The notes under the pieces were generated by a model. The model was not told where the DNA came from. It did not search any database and saw only the letters and a list, made by a program, of their open reading frames with translations. From NCBI GenBank assembly GCA_018696595.1, contig JABHQW010000001.1, positions 1 to 64,000 on the forward strand: a stretch of DNA of 64,000 bases. The letters are read 5' to 3'. The stretch's first letter is position 1. Each line of letters opens with the position of its first letter. A program made the position numbers and the translations under genes. Of this stretch, positions 36,214 to 46,946 are shown in pieces. The DNA comes from Candidatus Woesearchaeota archaeon. GTDB lineage: Archaea; Nanobdellota; Nanobdellia; Woesearchaeales; GW2011-AR9.

Positions 36214-38412
36214 CTAAGCCCCCAAATTACCAGCAGTTAAACCTTTCCTCTGTACAATCTGAGTCTGAATCTTATCCTGTAATTCTCTAGGTAACATCTC
36301 AAACGACTGATCAACCAATGAAGAATTTCCACGGCCACCAGTACCTGAACGAAGATCGTTACTCCAACCGAACAGTTCACCAACAGGCAACTTTGCAACA
36401 ATTACAGTAATGTCTCCTTCTTGGTTCATTTCCAATAATTGCCCTCTCTTAGAAGAAACCAATTTAGAAATTTCTCCAACATACTCGTCAGGAACTTCAA
36501 TTCTAGTTACTTGTAATGGTTCGTACAATAAAGGACCAGCTTGCATCATTGCTCCCCGGATACCTTCTCTTACAGCAGGATACATCTGAGCAGGACCACG
36601 ATGAATAGCATCTTCGTGCAAAGTACAATCCATTAATCGAACTTTAACTTTAATACATGGTTCTTTTGCTAAAGGACCAGCGTTCATTACATCTTCAAAC
36701 ATGTCAAGAAGTAATTCCATGATTTCATTAATGTGTACAATACCACGAGTATTATCCATGAATAGATTACCATTACATTCTGCTCTAACACTTTGAGCAG
36801 TTTTTGTGTCCCAATCACATTCATCTCTTAAGAAAGATATTACTTCAGCATCTTTCTTTTTGAATCTTCCATGACCCATTTTATCAGCTTTAATTCCAGC
36901 AACAACATCATCTTCTAAAGGTTCAACAATAAAGTAAAGTTTATTGTGTTTGTTAGGAGACTTTCCTTCAACTTGTGGACTGGTTTTAGTAATTGCTTCA
37001 CGATAAACAACAATTGGAGGAGAAGTTTTAACTTCAACACCTTTCTCTTTAATGATTCGGTGTTCAATAACTTCCAAATGTAACTCTCCCATCCCGTGAA
37101 GTAAATGTTCCCCAGTTTCTTCGTTAATCTCAACAACAATTGTAGGATCTTCTTTTTGTACTTGTCGAAGAACTTCAATTAATTTAGGTAAATCACTAGG
37201 TCTTTTTGCTTCAATTGCTTTAGTAACAACAGGATCAAAGAGATGAGAAATCTTTTCAAAAGGTTCAGCTTTTCCGTCAGAAGTAACAGTTTCACCAGGC
37301 ATACCGGCTCTTAAACCACCAACACCAATAATGTTTCCAGCTGAAACATTATCAACAATTTCTTTCTTCGCTCCATTATAGATGTAAACTTGCTGAATTC
37401 TTCCAGCAGACTTAGCCATGTTTAACCAAACTTCTTCTCCTTTCTTCATTGTTCCACCAAAAAGTCTACCTGCAGCAATTTCTCCTGCTTGTGGATCAAC
37501 AACAACTTTAGTAATTACAAAGAATAATCTTCCTTTAGGATCACAATTCATCAGAGTTTTCCCGTCAGCAGATTCTAAGTCTCCTTGCCATAATTTTGGA
37601 ATTCGATATTTTTGTGCCTGAACAGGATTAGGATGATGTTCAACTGACATGTCTAAAACAACTTCGTGAATAGGTGCTTTTTTTGCCAAAGCTTTAACTT
37701 TTTCATCAACTTCATCACTAGTTCCTTCATAAGCATCAATAATTTCTTTAAAAGAAATTCCTTTCTTCTGCATGTAAGGTAAACTGATTCCCCAATTGTG
37801 GTAAGCAGAACCAAAACCAACTGTCCCTTTTTCAATACCAACTTGCCAAAGATCTTTATACTCATCAGGGGCCACGTTTCTAATAATTTTATTAACGTCA
37901 GCAATTTGTTTAATGAACCTTTGCTGCATTTGTTCAGGAGTAAGTTTTAATTCTTTGATTAACCGATCAACTTTGTTAATAAACAAAACAGGTCTAACTC
38001 TTTCTTTCAAAGCTTGTCTAAGAACAGTTTCGGTCTGTGGCATTGCCCCTTCTGAAGCACAGATTAAAACTACTGCCCCGTCAACTGCTCGCATTGCCCT
38101 TGTTACGTCTCCACCAAAGTCTACGTGGCCAGGAGTATCAATTAAGTTAATTAAAAACTCTGTCTCACCTACGGTGTGAACCATAGATACGGAAGCGGAA
38201 TCAATTGTAATTCCTCTTTCCTGTTCGTCCTCATGAAAGTCAAGCTTACAAGCTTTACCTGCATCTTCTTCACTCATCATACCTGCACCAGCAAGTAAGT
38301 TATCGGAAAATGTTGTCTTCCCGTGATCGATGTGTGCGCAAATTGCGATATTTCTTATTTGGTCGGGTTTACTAGCTAACCTCATAACCATGTCAACCAT
38401 TTTTTCTGCCAT
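36214..38412 (-). CDS. fusA: Translation elongation factor EF-2
   Basis: AHIDHGKTT, DTPGHVDF, diphthamide loop LHEDAIHRG. Confidence 0.98.
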   Translation of the reverse strand: MAEKMVDMVMRLASKPDQIRNIAICAHIDHGKTTFSDNLLAGAGMMSEEDAGKACKLDFHEDEQERGITIDSASVSMVHTVGETEFLINLIDTPGHVDFGGDVTRAMRAVDGAVVLICASEGAMPQTETVLRQALKERVRPVLFINKVDRLIKELKLTPEQMQQRFIKQIADVNKIIRNVAPDEYKDLWQVGIEKGTVGFGSAYHNWGISLPYMQKKGISFKEIIDAYEGTSDEVDEKVKALAKKAPIHEVVLDMSVEHHPNPVQAQKYRIPKLWQGDLESADGKTLMNCDPKGRLFFVITKVVVDPQAGEIAAGRLFGGTMKKGEEVWLNMAKSAGRIQQVYIYNGAKKEIVDNVSAGNIIGVGGLRAGMPGETVTSDGKAEPFEKISHLFDPVVTKAIEAKRPSDLPKLIEVLRQVQKEDPTIVVEINEETGEHLLHGMGELHLEVIEHRIIKEKGVEVKTSPPIVVYREAITKTSPQVEGKSPNKHNKLYFIVEPLEDDVVAGIKADKMGHGRFKKKDAEVISFLRDECDWDTKTAQSVRAECNGNLFMDNTRGIVHINEIMELLLDMFEDVMNAGPLAKEPCIKVKVRLMDCTLHEDAIHRGPAQMYPAVREGIRGAMMQAGPLLYEPLQVTRIEVPDEYVGEISKLVSSKRGQLLEMNQEGDITVIVAKLPVGELFGWSNDLRSGTGGRGNSSLVDQSFEMLPRELQDKIQTQIVQRKGLTAGNLGA

Positions 38413-38439
38413 TTTTATTTTACCTCGTTATAATTTATC

Positions 38440-39084
38440 TTAATTGTTATCAATTGCTGTGAAAACTTTTTCCATGATCTGGTCTTTATACTTGCCCATG
38501 TCTTCATTGATTGTTAATTCTCGTAACAAACCTTTTTCTTTGTAATAATCGATCAAGGGAGCGGTTTGTTCCTCGTAAACTTTTAACCTTTCTTCAATTA
38601 CTTCTGGAAGTTCATCAGATCTTTGAATTAATTCCCCTTCACATTTATCACAAACCCCTTCCACTTGAGGAGGTAAGTTAACCATATGGAATGTTGCTGC
38701 ACATTTCTTACAAGTTCTTCTTCCAGTAAGACGTTGCATGATGATTTCTTTATCTGCTTTGAAATTAATAGCCATATCAACCTCAACAAATTCTGCTAAA
38801 GCTTCTGCTTGCGGAATTGTTCTTGGAAAACCGTCCAAAACAAAACCTTTCTGGGTATCTTCTCTACTTAGACGCTCTTTCATCATTTCAATAGTGATTT
38901 CATCAGGAACTAAGTGGCCAGCATCAATTAACTCTTTAGCTTTCTTTCCCAATTCAGTTTCATTTTTAATATTCTCTCTAAATAGATCCCCACTAGAGAT
39001 TGTAATAATACCATACTTCTCGACAATCAATTTAGCGTAAGTACCTTTGCCCACTCCTGGACTTCCTAAAGCAATAATTTTCAT
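38440..39084 (-). CDS. adk: Adenylate kinase (bacterial-type, Zn-lid)
   Basis: GSPGVGKGT, LDGFPRT, CxxC lid. Confidence 0.95.
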   Translation of the reverse strand: MKIIALGSPGVGKGTYAKLIVEKYGIITISSGDLFRENIKNETELGKKAKELIDAGHLVPDEITIEMMKERLSREDTQKGFVLDGFPRTIPQAEALAEFVEVDMAINFKADKEIIMQRLTGRRTCKKCAATFHMVNLPPQVEGVCDKCEGELIQRSDELPEVIEERLKVYEEQTAPLIDYYKEKGLLRELTINEDMGKYKDQIMEKVFTAIDNN

Positions 39085-39096
39085 TTTTATAACACC

Positions 39097-39678
39097 TCAA
39101 TATTTATGCATAACTTTCCAGCGGTTTGTTTCCCAACCAAAGATTTCTTCTGGTTTGAACCACAAAGCAACTTCATTATCAGCTTCTTCCTTATTTCCAG
39201 AAGCGTGTACTAAATTTCTTAACGGCCTTCCCAACTTATCAGCCATACCATAAGATTCAGTACTGAAATCTCCACGAATTGTTCCGATTGGTGCGCCTTT
39301 TGATTCTGCAGGGCCAACAATTTTTCTTCCAACTTCAATTGCATGGAAACCTTCCCAAATCATCGCCACAACTGGACCTTCAGTAAGATATTTCATGTTC
39401 CAATTCTTAACCCGAGTAGCAATTTCTTCATTAGTTTCTTTTACTTCTGCCCCCCTAGAAGCAGCAGCTTTACGAGTATTCTCTCCTAACTTCTCAATAA
39501 ATGCAGGAGTTAAAACATAATGTTTGTCTGCAATTGCTTCAGTAGGAAAAACCATTTTCATTGCCACTAGTTTAAGTCCTCGCTGTTCAAATCTTTTAAT
39601 AATTTCTCCAACTAGTCCTCTCTGAACACCGTCGTGTTTAACGGCGATAAAAGTTCTTTCAATTAAATCTTTAACCAT
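39097..39678 (-). CDS. ndk: Nucleoside-diphosphate kinase
   Basis: KHDGVQRGL, GTIRGDF, NLVHAS. Confidence 0.96.
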   Translation of the reverse strand: MVKDLIERTFIAVKHDGVQRGLVGEIIKRFEQRGLKLVAMKMVFPTEAIADKHYVLTPAFIEKLGENTRKAAASRGAEVKETNEEIATRVKNWNMKYLTEGPVVAMIWEGFHAIEVGRKIVGPAESKGAPIGTIRGDFSTESYGMADKLGRPLRNLVHASGNKEEADNEVALWFKPEEIFGWETNRWKVMHKY

Positions 39679-39679
39679 T

Positions 39680-39985
39680 TTATTTTGTCACCTCGTCGAT
39701 CCATTCTTCTACACCTTCAGTAGATCGTTCAATATGAATCACTTCTATTGCAAGCAAGTCGTAAGGATGAATTTCTTTAATTTTGTTTATTGTTTCTTCA
39801 ACTAAAGAGTCTTTAGTTTTTATCATTAAAGTAAACTCGTTTGTTTTTTCGATATTACCTTTCCACCAATAACTACTTTTTCCTGGAAGAATATTAACAC
39901 AAGCTACTAATTTTTCTTTTAGTAAGACTTCAGTTATTTCATCAGCTTTTTGTTCGTCATTGATGTAAGTAATTATCTTCTTCAT
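39680..39985 (-). CDS. cutA: Divalent-cation tolerance protein CutA
   Basis: LVACVN, SYWWKG, HPYD. Confidence 0.92.
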   Translation of the reverse strand: MKKIITYINDEQKADEITEVLLKEKLVACVNILPGKSSYWWKGNIEKTNEFTLMIKTKDSLVEETINKIKEIHPYDLLAIEVIHIERSTEGVEEWIDEVTK

Positions 39986-40176
39986 TCTTTCTGATCTTTT
40001 TTATGTTCCTTTCTAAAAAACTCAGTCCATTTTACTCTTAATGGCTTTCGTTTTAGTACTAACATGTTTTTCTCACACTTGCCGGAACAAAAGTTCAGAA
40101 TTTTACCAGAAGCATAAACAAATATTTTTCCAGTACTTTTCTGAATGGAATTTCCACAAAAATTACACTTAGGCAT
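39982..40176 (-). CDS. rpl24e: 50S ribosomal protein L24e
   Basis: CNFCG, FCSGKCEK, KWT. Confidence 0.95.
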   Translation of the reverse strand: MPKCNFCGNSIQKSTGKIFVYASGKILNFCSGKCEKNMLVLKRKPLRVKWTEFFRKEHKKDQKE

Positions 40177-40178
40177 TT

Positions 40179-40472
40179 TTATTTCCTCCCGCCGCGTCTA
40201 CCGCCGCCGAGACGTTGAGCCTCAATTTCTGTCTCTAATAACATTAATGTGTCGCCAACTCTTACTGGGCCTTTAACGTTTCTTCGAAGAGATTTTCCTT
40301 TGTCTCTGCCGTCTAAAACATTACACATTACCTGAGTGATTTCTCCTCTAGAACCTGCCCGGATTACAATTTCCTTAACTTCTGCAGGAATTCCAGGAGT
40401 AAAAGTAACTTGACCTTCTACTTTACTTCCCTCAGCTTTTTTATCGTTCTTACTAACCATTTTCTGGGCCAT
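40179..40472 (-). CDS. rps28e: 30S ribosomal protein S28e with N-terminal extension
   Basis: [17 protein letters not shown]. Confidence 0.95.
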   Translation of the reverse strand: MAQKMVSKNDKKAEGSKVEGQVTFTPGIPAEVKEIVIRAGSRGEITQVMCNVLDGRDKGKSLRRNVKGPVRVGDTLMLLETEIEAQRLGGGRRGGRK

Positions 40473-40474
40473 AT

Positions 40475-40792
40475 TTATTCACCCTTAAGAGCTTCAATTT
40501 GTGCTTTAGCATCTCCTTCTTTAACAACAGCTACTGCTGCGGTTGAAACTGCTAATCCTGCTGCTGCACCTAAATCTTCCTTTTTAGTAATTTCTACACA
40601 AGGAATGTTTTTATCTTTGCACAACAATGGTAAATGCATAACTACTTCTTTAGGAGATACGTCTGCTGCGTAAACTACTAATTTTGCGTTACCTTTTTCG
40701 ATTGCTTTAGTTGCTTCGTTAGCGCCTTTTCTAATTTTACCGCTAGTTCTTGCGATTTCTACTATTTCTAATACTTTTGCTTCATCAGCCAT
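40475..40792 (-). CDS. rpl7ae: 50S ribosomal protein L7Ae
   Basis: [23 protein letters not shown]; start reassigned to ATG 40792. Confidence 0.96.
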   Translation of the reverse strand: MADEAKVLEIVEIARTSGKIRKGANEATKAIEKGNAKLVVYAADVSPKEVVMHLPLLCKDKNIPCVEITKKEDLGAAAGLAVSTAAVAVVKEGDAKAQIEALKGE

Positions 40793-40800
40793 TTTATTTG

Positions 40801-40839
40801 TCCTCTCAGTTATTTCGCGAACTGGGAGCGAGGTGCGAC
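40801..40839 (-). promoter_or_regulatory. Structured rpl7ae 5' leader (hairpin CAGTT/AACTG; upstream CCTC can pair with the GAGG SD)
   Basis: GC-rich leader with a second copy at 24915-24955. Confidence 0.6.
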
Positions 40840-41108
40840 ACATGAAAATTAACAAAGATTAATTTTCAGTGCTAAAATTTGATAGTTTTCAAATTTCATG
40901 CATGCGTTCGTTACACTTCACTTAGTCTCACGAAAAAACTATTTATTTTTTTATAGTAACAAAGAATTATCAATGTTACCTCGTTGTGTTTACCCAACTC
41001 ATTGGTAATATAAGTTAAATCAGTGAGTTCTTTATAAATGTTATGGGGGGAATAAAGTAATATCCAATTCCACAAACTTCTTAAACAAAAAAAACAAAGC
41101 GATGTACT

Positions 41109-42848
41109 ATGTGTGGAATAATTGGTTATATTGGTGATAGAGAAGCTAATGATATTCTTATAGCTGGTTTAGAAAGATTAGAATATAGAGGATACGATTC
41201 TGCAGGGGTTGCTACGATTCACAATAATTCTCTTTGTATTAATAAAAAGGAAGGAAGAGTTCAGAACCTAAAAGAACTGCCAAAACTTTCTGGGAACGTT
41301 GGAATCGCCCACACCAGATGGTCAACACACGGTAAACCTTCTGATAGAAATGCACACCCATTCACAGACAACACCAACAGTTTTACTTTAGTACATAACG
41401 GAATCATTGAAAATTATTTAGAACTCAAAGCCGGCTTGCAAGAAGCAGGAGTTAATTTTACATCTGATACAGATTCAGAAGTTATTGTTCACTTAATTGC
41501 TAAAGCCTACATAGGAAACCTGAAAGAAGCTGTTTTGAAAGTAGTAAACTATTTGCAAGGCAGTTTTGCTCTTTGTGTAATTAACAAAGATTCAGACGAA
41601 ATTATTGGCGCTAGGAACGGATCCCCTTTACTTGTTGGTTTAGGAGATAATGAAAACTTTCTAGCTTCGGATGCATCTGCGATAATTGAACATACAAAGA
41701 AAGTGATTTATGTAAATGATTTTGAGGTTGTAGGAGTAAAGAAAGATTCTGTTAATATTTACGACTTTAATGGGAATGAGAAACCAAAAGAAATTAAAAC
41801 AATTAATTGGGATTTAGAACAAGCTCAGAAATCTGGTTACAAACATTTCATGTTGAAAGAGATTTATGAACAGCCAAAAGTCATTGAAGATTCAATGCAA
41901 ATTAATTTTAATGAAATGTTGAATACTGGGGCTAATTTCAATAGAATAATAATAGTTGCCTGTGGAACTGCTTCATATGCAGGATTAGTTGGAAAATATG
42001 TGATTGAAAAAGTTGCCAAAGTCCCAGTAATAAATGAAATTGCTTCTGAGTTCAGATACAAAGAATGTTTAATTAATGAAAACGATTTAGTAATTGCCAT
42101 CTCTCAATCTGGAGAAACGGCTGATACCTTAGCAGCGATTAGATTAGCTAAACAAAAAGGAGCAAAAACTCTTGGACTAATTAATGTTGTAGATTCAACA
42201 ATTGCTAGAGAAGTTGATGATGTTGTTTATACTCGTGCTGGGCCAGAAATTGGTGTTGCATCAACAAAAGCTTTTACTTCTCAATTAATTACTTTGTACA
42301 AATTAGCTTTTCACTTAATTGGAGAAGAGTTCCAGTTTGATGTTGAGAAAATTAAACAAGCGTTATTATTAAATGAATCTATTAGAAAGTTAGCAAAGAA
42401 GTATTATCAATCAACTAATTTTCTTTACATTGGCAGAAATTTAAGTTTTCCTTTAGCTTTAGAGGGCGCCTTGAAATTAAAAGAGATTTCTTACATTCAT
42501 GCAGAAGCTTATCCTGCAGGTGAGTTAAAACACGGACCAATTGCTTTAGTTTCAGAAGAAATGCCAACCGTTGCTATTTGCCCCAGGGATTCTGTTTACG
42601 AGAAAACTTTTTCTAATATCGAAGAAATCAAAGCACGGTCTGGAAAAGTAATTACTATCGCTACTTCTGGAGATGAGAAAATTAAAAAAGTTTCTGATGA
42701 CGTAATTTACATTCCAGAAGTCCAAGAGATTCTTTATCCTTTAATTGTTGCTATTCCTTTACAATTGTTTGCTTATCATGTTGCAGATTTGCGTGATTGT
42801 GATGTTGATAAACCAAGGAATTTAGCTAAGAGTGTTACGGTAGAATAA
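41109..42848 (+). CDS. glmS: Glutamine--fructose-6-phosphate aminotransferase
   Basis: MCGIIG, RGYDSAG, HTRW, SQSGET, PRNLAKSVTVE. Confidence 0.98.
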   Translation: MCGIIGYIGDREANDILIAGLERLEYRGYDSAGVATIHNNSLCINKKEGRVQNLKELPKLSGNVGIAHTRWSTHGKPSDRNAHPFTDNTNSFTLVHNGIIENYLELKAGLQEAGVNFTSDTDSEVIVHLIAKAYIGNLKEAVLKVVNYLQGSFALCVINKDSDEIIGARNGSPLLVGLGDNENFLASDASAIIEHTKKVIYVNDFEVVGVKKDSVNIYDFNGNEKPKEIKTINWDLEQAQKSGYKHFMLKEIYEQPKVIEDSMQINFNEMLNTGANFNRIIIVACGTASYAGLVGKYVIEKVAKVPVINEIASEFRYKECLINENDLVIAISQSGETADTLAAIRLAKQKGAKTLGLINVVDSTIAREVDDVVYTRAGPEIGVASTKAFTSQLITLYKLAFHLIGEEFQFDVEKIKQALLLNESIRKLAKKYYQSTNFLYIGRNLSFPLALEGALKLKEISYIHAEAYPAGELKHGPIALVSEEMPTVAICPRDSVYEKTFSNIEEIKARSGKVITIATSGDEKIKKVSDDVIYIPEVQEILYPLIVAIPLQLFAYHVADLRDCDVDKPRNLAKSVTVE

Positions 42849-42856
42849 AAAAGAAA

Positions 42857-43783
42857 TTAAGAATAATGTTCTAAAAATTTAGTCAAAGCAGCTGCTCCTG
42901 AAGGAACCATTGTTGGACCATGTTCTCTTAAATAATCTGGCAATTCACCAAGTTTTACAATCTCAAGATCAGAATGCTCATACTTTCCCGGGGCTTTATC
43001 TTTCCAGGCCCTTAATAACTTAGTCGGGGGCAAATAAACAGGCACCATCCCAATTGCTTCTGGAATCCTTGAAGGGGTTTGTCGGATTATTCCTAAGAAA
43101 CTTCCACCACCTACCCTTTCTGAAGGAACCCCTCCTTCTGCTTGAATTTCTCTTCTAGTTTGTTTAACAAAGTCAACCCCCCCTTTCTCTTCATCAACAT
43201 TCATAAATCCACCAAAGACATGCCTAGTCTCTGGATATATCGCAACTTTGTCTGAACGTTTTCCAACCACGACAAAAGGTTTATCGCCTCTTTCGAATCC
43301 GTAAACCACAGCACAAACACCCATCCCATTAGCAAAATAAATATTAGGATCAGCAAAATCTTCCAAACCAGCTTGCATGATTCTTTCCCTAAATTCGGGA
43401 TCAACAACTGCTTGTTGATGAGTTCCAACAATATTCGAATAACCAACATGACCTAATGCTAACCGCAAAGTTTTCTTCCCTTCCTCAAAATGGATTTGGT
43501 CAACAACATATTTAGCATTAAATCCCCCGATCTGACCAACCATTCTAGCAACAGCTAAAGGATCAGAACTTTGCATTGCATCTCTAAGATCTCCATCTCT
43601 TGCAATAGCTACATTTTGCATATTTCTAGTCCAAAAATCACAAATTAGACTATATAATTCAGGACGATGATCTTCCACTTTTGGACGAGACCCGCGTTTC
43701 TTCGCTATCTTAGTCGTTAAATCATCGTAAGGAATTGGTTCAGATACAGTCACAATTTCTTCCCAGGTTGGTTTGAATGTCAT
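42857..43783 (-). CDS. Hypothetical protein with degenerate NUDIX-like fold
   Basis: VVGKRS..VAIYP....FGG, RREIQAEGG. Confidence 0.5.
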   Translation of the reverse strand: MTFKPTWEEIVTVSEPIPYDDLTTKIAKKRGSRPKVEDHRPELYSLICDFWTRNMQNVAIARDGDLRDAMQSSDPLAVARMVGQIGGFNAKYVVDQIHFEEGKKTLRLALGHVGYSNIVGTHQQAVVDPEFRERIMQAGLEDFADPNIYFANGMGVCAVVYGFERGDKPFVVVGKRSDKVAIYPETRHVFGGFMNVDEEKGGVDFVKQTRREIQAEGGVPSERVGGGSFLGIIRQTPSRIPEAIGMVPVYLPPTKLLRAWKDKAPGKYEHSDLEIVKLGELPDYLREHGPTMVPSGAAALTKFLEHYS

Positions 43784-43860
43784 AATATATAGTCACACCA
43801 ATGTTTGCTTTATAAATATTACCAAACTTCAGAACATCATAACACATTAGAAAACAATAA

Positions 43861-44367
43861 TTATATCTCTTTAGACATTGCCACCATTCTAAAGTTTTCC
43901 CCATTAATATCATGATCTAAATCATTAACAACATTGTAACCTCTTGTAATATAAAAGTTTAAACTCAGGGGAATGTTCAATGATTCTAAATAAAAATAAC
44001 TTGCTCCTGATTGTTTAGATTTATTTTCAAGGTGATCCATAATTAATGTTCCAATCCCTTTACTTTGCATTTTTGGATTAACGTAAACAGATTTAATTTC
44101 CCAATACTTTTCACATTTAGCAACCGCACCACAACCCAGGATTTCTTTTCCTTCTTGATAAACAATGAAATATCTATCGGCAAGATTGTGTTTAATCCCT
44201 TCTGGGGTAAAAAGAGAAGCAAACAATACCAATTGTTTAGCAGAATAATGTCCTTCTCCTGAAGAAAGTAATGTTTCCTTAATTAATGAAACAATATCTA
44301 TTAAATCTTTATCATTTGAAGTTATAACCCCATCAAGCGTACTAATTTCCCTTAATTCTCCAACCAT
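43861..44367 (-). CDS. GNAT-family acetyltransferase
   Basis: VYVNPKMQSKGIGT, FYITRGY. Confidence 0.85.
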   Translation of the reverse strand: MVGELREISTLDGVITSNDKDLIDIVSLIKETLLSSGEGHYSAKQLVLFASLFTPEGIKHNLADRYFIVYQEGKEILGCGAVAKCEKYWEIKSVYVNPKMQSKGIGTLIMDHLENKSKQSGASYFYLESLNIPLSLNFYITRGYNVVNDLDHDINGENFRMVAMSKEI

Positions 44368-44487
44368 TTACAAATAAAAAACAAGAGACATATAAAAACT
44401 TTGCGCTTATGACTACTGGTCAGAAGTTAAAAAACCAAGTATTGGAAAACAACAATAAATATAAACAACAACAAACCCAACAATTCT

Positions 44488-45711
44488 ATGAAATATGCTC
44501 ATTTAGCAGACTTGCATCTTGGAAGTTGGAGAGATGATAAAATGAGAGAACTTTCCACGAAAGCTTTCTTAACAGCAATAGATGACTGTGTTCAGAAACA
44601 AGTAGATTTTATTCTTTTTGCAGGAGATTTGTTTAACACATCTCTTCCAAACTTAGACACGTTAAAAATAGTAACTAAGAAACTTAAAGATCTTAAAGAC
44701 AAAAACATTCCTGTTTATGCAATTGCAGGCAGTCACGATTTCTCACCAACAGGAAAAACTATGATTGACGTTTTAGAAAATGCGGGATTATTAATTAACG
44801 TTTGTAAAGGATCAGTAAATCAAGAGAACAAACAGTTACATCTGGGTTTTACAGTAGATCCAAAAACAGGAACAAAGATAACCGGCATGTTGGGCAAGAA
44901 AGGTTTACTAGACAAAATTTATTATCAAAACTTATTTTTAGAAAATTTAGAACAAGAACAGGGCTATAAGATATTTATGTTTCACACAACTTTATCTGAA
45001 TTGAAACCAAAACATTTAGAGAAGATTGAGTCTCAACCAGTATCATTTTTACCAAAAAATTTTCATTATTATGCTGGTGGTCATATCCATCATCCTACAA
45101 AAGTCCATCAGGAAGGTTATGGAACATTAACTTATCCTGGCGCGTTATTTCCAAATAACTTTTCTGAGTTAGAAAAGTATAGTAAAGGAAGTTATTTTTT
45201 AGTAACTGTTGAGAATGATGAACAAAAAGTTGAATTAGTACCATTAGAAATTATAAAACATAATTCTTTAATCTTAAACTGCCATCGTAAGACTCCAGAA
45301 GTAATCTCATTTGAAATACTAAATCATTTCCACGAATTAGATGTAAAAGAAAGTTTGATTACAATCCGTCTCACTGGAACCTTAGATAAAGGTAAGGTCT
45401 CAGATATTAATTTCAAAGAAGTTTTTAGTCAACTCTATAGTAAAGGGGCATTTTTTATTATGAAGAATACTGCTCAGTTAACTTCGGAAGAATTTGAAGA
45501 AATTAAGATTTCACATTCTAATCCCGAAAATGTTGAAGAAGAAATTATTAAAGAACATTTACAACAGATTAAACTATTTGACAGAGACTCCGAATTACAC
45601 CTAACTAAATCTTTGATGAGGGTTCTTAATACTACAAAGAAAGAAGGCGAGACAGTAACTGATTTCCAAGGCCGAGTAAAAGAAGAAGTTAGTAAGTTAC
45701 TGAATTTGTAG
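44488..45711 (+). CDS. mre11: Mre11/SbcD-like DNA repair nuclease
   Basis: ADLHLG, AGDLF, GSHD, FHT, GGHIH, YPG. Confidence 0.85.
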   Translation: MKYAHLADLHLGSWRDDKMRELSTKAFLTAIDDCVQKQVDFILFAGDLFNTSLPNLDTLKIVTKKLKDLKDKNIPVYAIAGSHDFSPTGKTMIDVLENAGLLINVCKGSVNQENKQLHLGFTVDPKTGTKITGMLGKKGLLDKIYYQNLFLENLEQEQGYKIFMFHTTLSELKPKHLEKIESQPVSFLPKNFHYYAGGHIHHPTKVHQEGYGTLTYPGALFPNNFSELEKYSKGSYFLVTVENDEQKVELVPLEIIKHNSLILNCHRKTPEVISFEILNHFHELDVKESLITIRLTGTLDKGKVSDINFKEVFSQLYSKGAFFIMKNTAQLTSEEFEEIKISHSNPENVEEEIIKEHLQQIKLFDRDSELHLTKSLMRVLNTTKKEGETVTDFQGRVKEEVSKLLNL

Positions 45712-45752
45712 AAACAAAAGTAATTTAAACTAAAAAGAATTATCTAACACAT

Positions 45753-46946
45753 ATGAAAACATTCCACTTATTACAAACACCAGTAAGAAATAAAGTAGTA
45801 TTTCTTAGAACAGATTATAATGTCCCTCTTAGAAATGGAAAGGTGTGGGACGCCCATAAAATTGAAGCTTCTTCATTAACAATAAAATATCTTTTACGAA
45901 ACAATTGTAAAATTATTATTGGAACCCATTTAGGAAGACCTAAAGGAAGAATTGTAAAAGAACTTAAAACTGATCCGTTAGTAAAAGAATTAAAGAAGTT
46001 ATTTCCAAAAATAAAAATAACTAAGTTGAATGATTGTATTGGAAAAGACATTAAAGAAAAGATTCAAAGAGCAAAAACCAAACAAATATTCTTATTAGAA
46101 AACTTACGTTTCTACAAAGAAGAACAAGCTAACGACCCTGCTTTTGCTCATTCCCTTGCAGATCTTGCTGACATTTACGTAAATGATGCATTTGCCGTTT
46201 CGCACCGAAAACATGCTTCTTTAGAAGCGATCACACATTTCTTGCCCGGCATTCCAGGAATACAGTTTGAGAAAGAAATTATTTTTCTGAATAAAGTACT
46301 AAAAACAAAAAGAAAGTCGGTCTGGATTATTGGCGGAGCGAAATTAGACAAAGTAGATTTTATTAATAAAGCGTTGAAGAAAGCAGATAAAGTTCTTATT
46401 GGTGGAGCATTAATCTTTGCATTTCTAAAAGCTAAGGGTTACAAAGTGGGACATTCTAAAGTGGATAGAACTTCTGTAGAAAATGCAAAAAAGATTTTAA
46501 GAAAATTCTCTGCTAGAAAGTTAGTTTTACCTCTTGACTTTGTTGTCGCGGACAAATTATCACCAAAAGCAAAAACAGAAATTGTCCCTTACAATCAGAT
46601 CCATCATCAACAAATTGGCTTGGACTTGGGGCCAAAAACGGTGGAACTTTTCAAGAAACAACTAGCTAAAGCCAAAGTGATTATTTGGAATGGCCCGTTA
46701 GGTTATTCTGAATGGGTGAAATTCTCTCAAGCAACAAAAGAAGTTGGCCGATTCCTAGGTAAGATGAAAGTACTTAAGGTAGTTGGGGGAGGAGAAACTG
46801 CGGAAGCGATTTACCGATTTCATTTAGAACGTAACTTTTCTCACGTTTCTACTGGAGGGGGGGCTACGTTAACATTTATTTCTGGAAAGAATATGCCTGG
46901 AATAAAAGCTTTAGAAAGAAACTTTAAGAAATTTAAGAGATCTTAA
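45753..46946 (+). CDS. pgk: Phosphoglycerate kinase
   Basis: RTDYNVP, LLENLRF, WNGPLG, GGGET, STGGGA. Confidence 0.96.
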   Translation: MKTFHLLQTPVRNKVVFLRTDYNVPLRNGKVWDAHKIEASSLTIKYLLRNNCKIIIGTHLGRPKGRIVKELKTDPLVKELKKLFPKIKITKLNDCIGKDIKEKIQRAKTKQIFLLENLRFYKEEQANDPAFAHSLADLADIYVNDAFAVSHRKHASLEAITHFLPGIPGIQFEKEIIFLNKVLKTKRKSVWIIGGAKLDKVDFINKALKKADKVLIGGALIFAFLKAKGYKVGHSKVDRTSVENAKKILRKFSARKLVLPLDFVVADKLSPKAKTEIVPYNQIHHQQIGLDLGPKTVELFKKQLAKAKVIIWNGPLGYSEWVKFSQATKEVGRFLGKMKVLKVVGGGETAEAIYRFHLERNFSHVSTGGGATLTFISGKNMPGIKALERNFKKFKRS

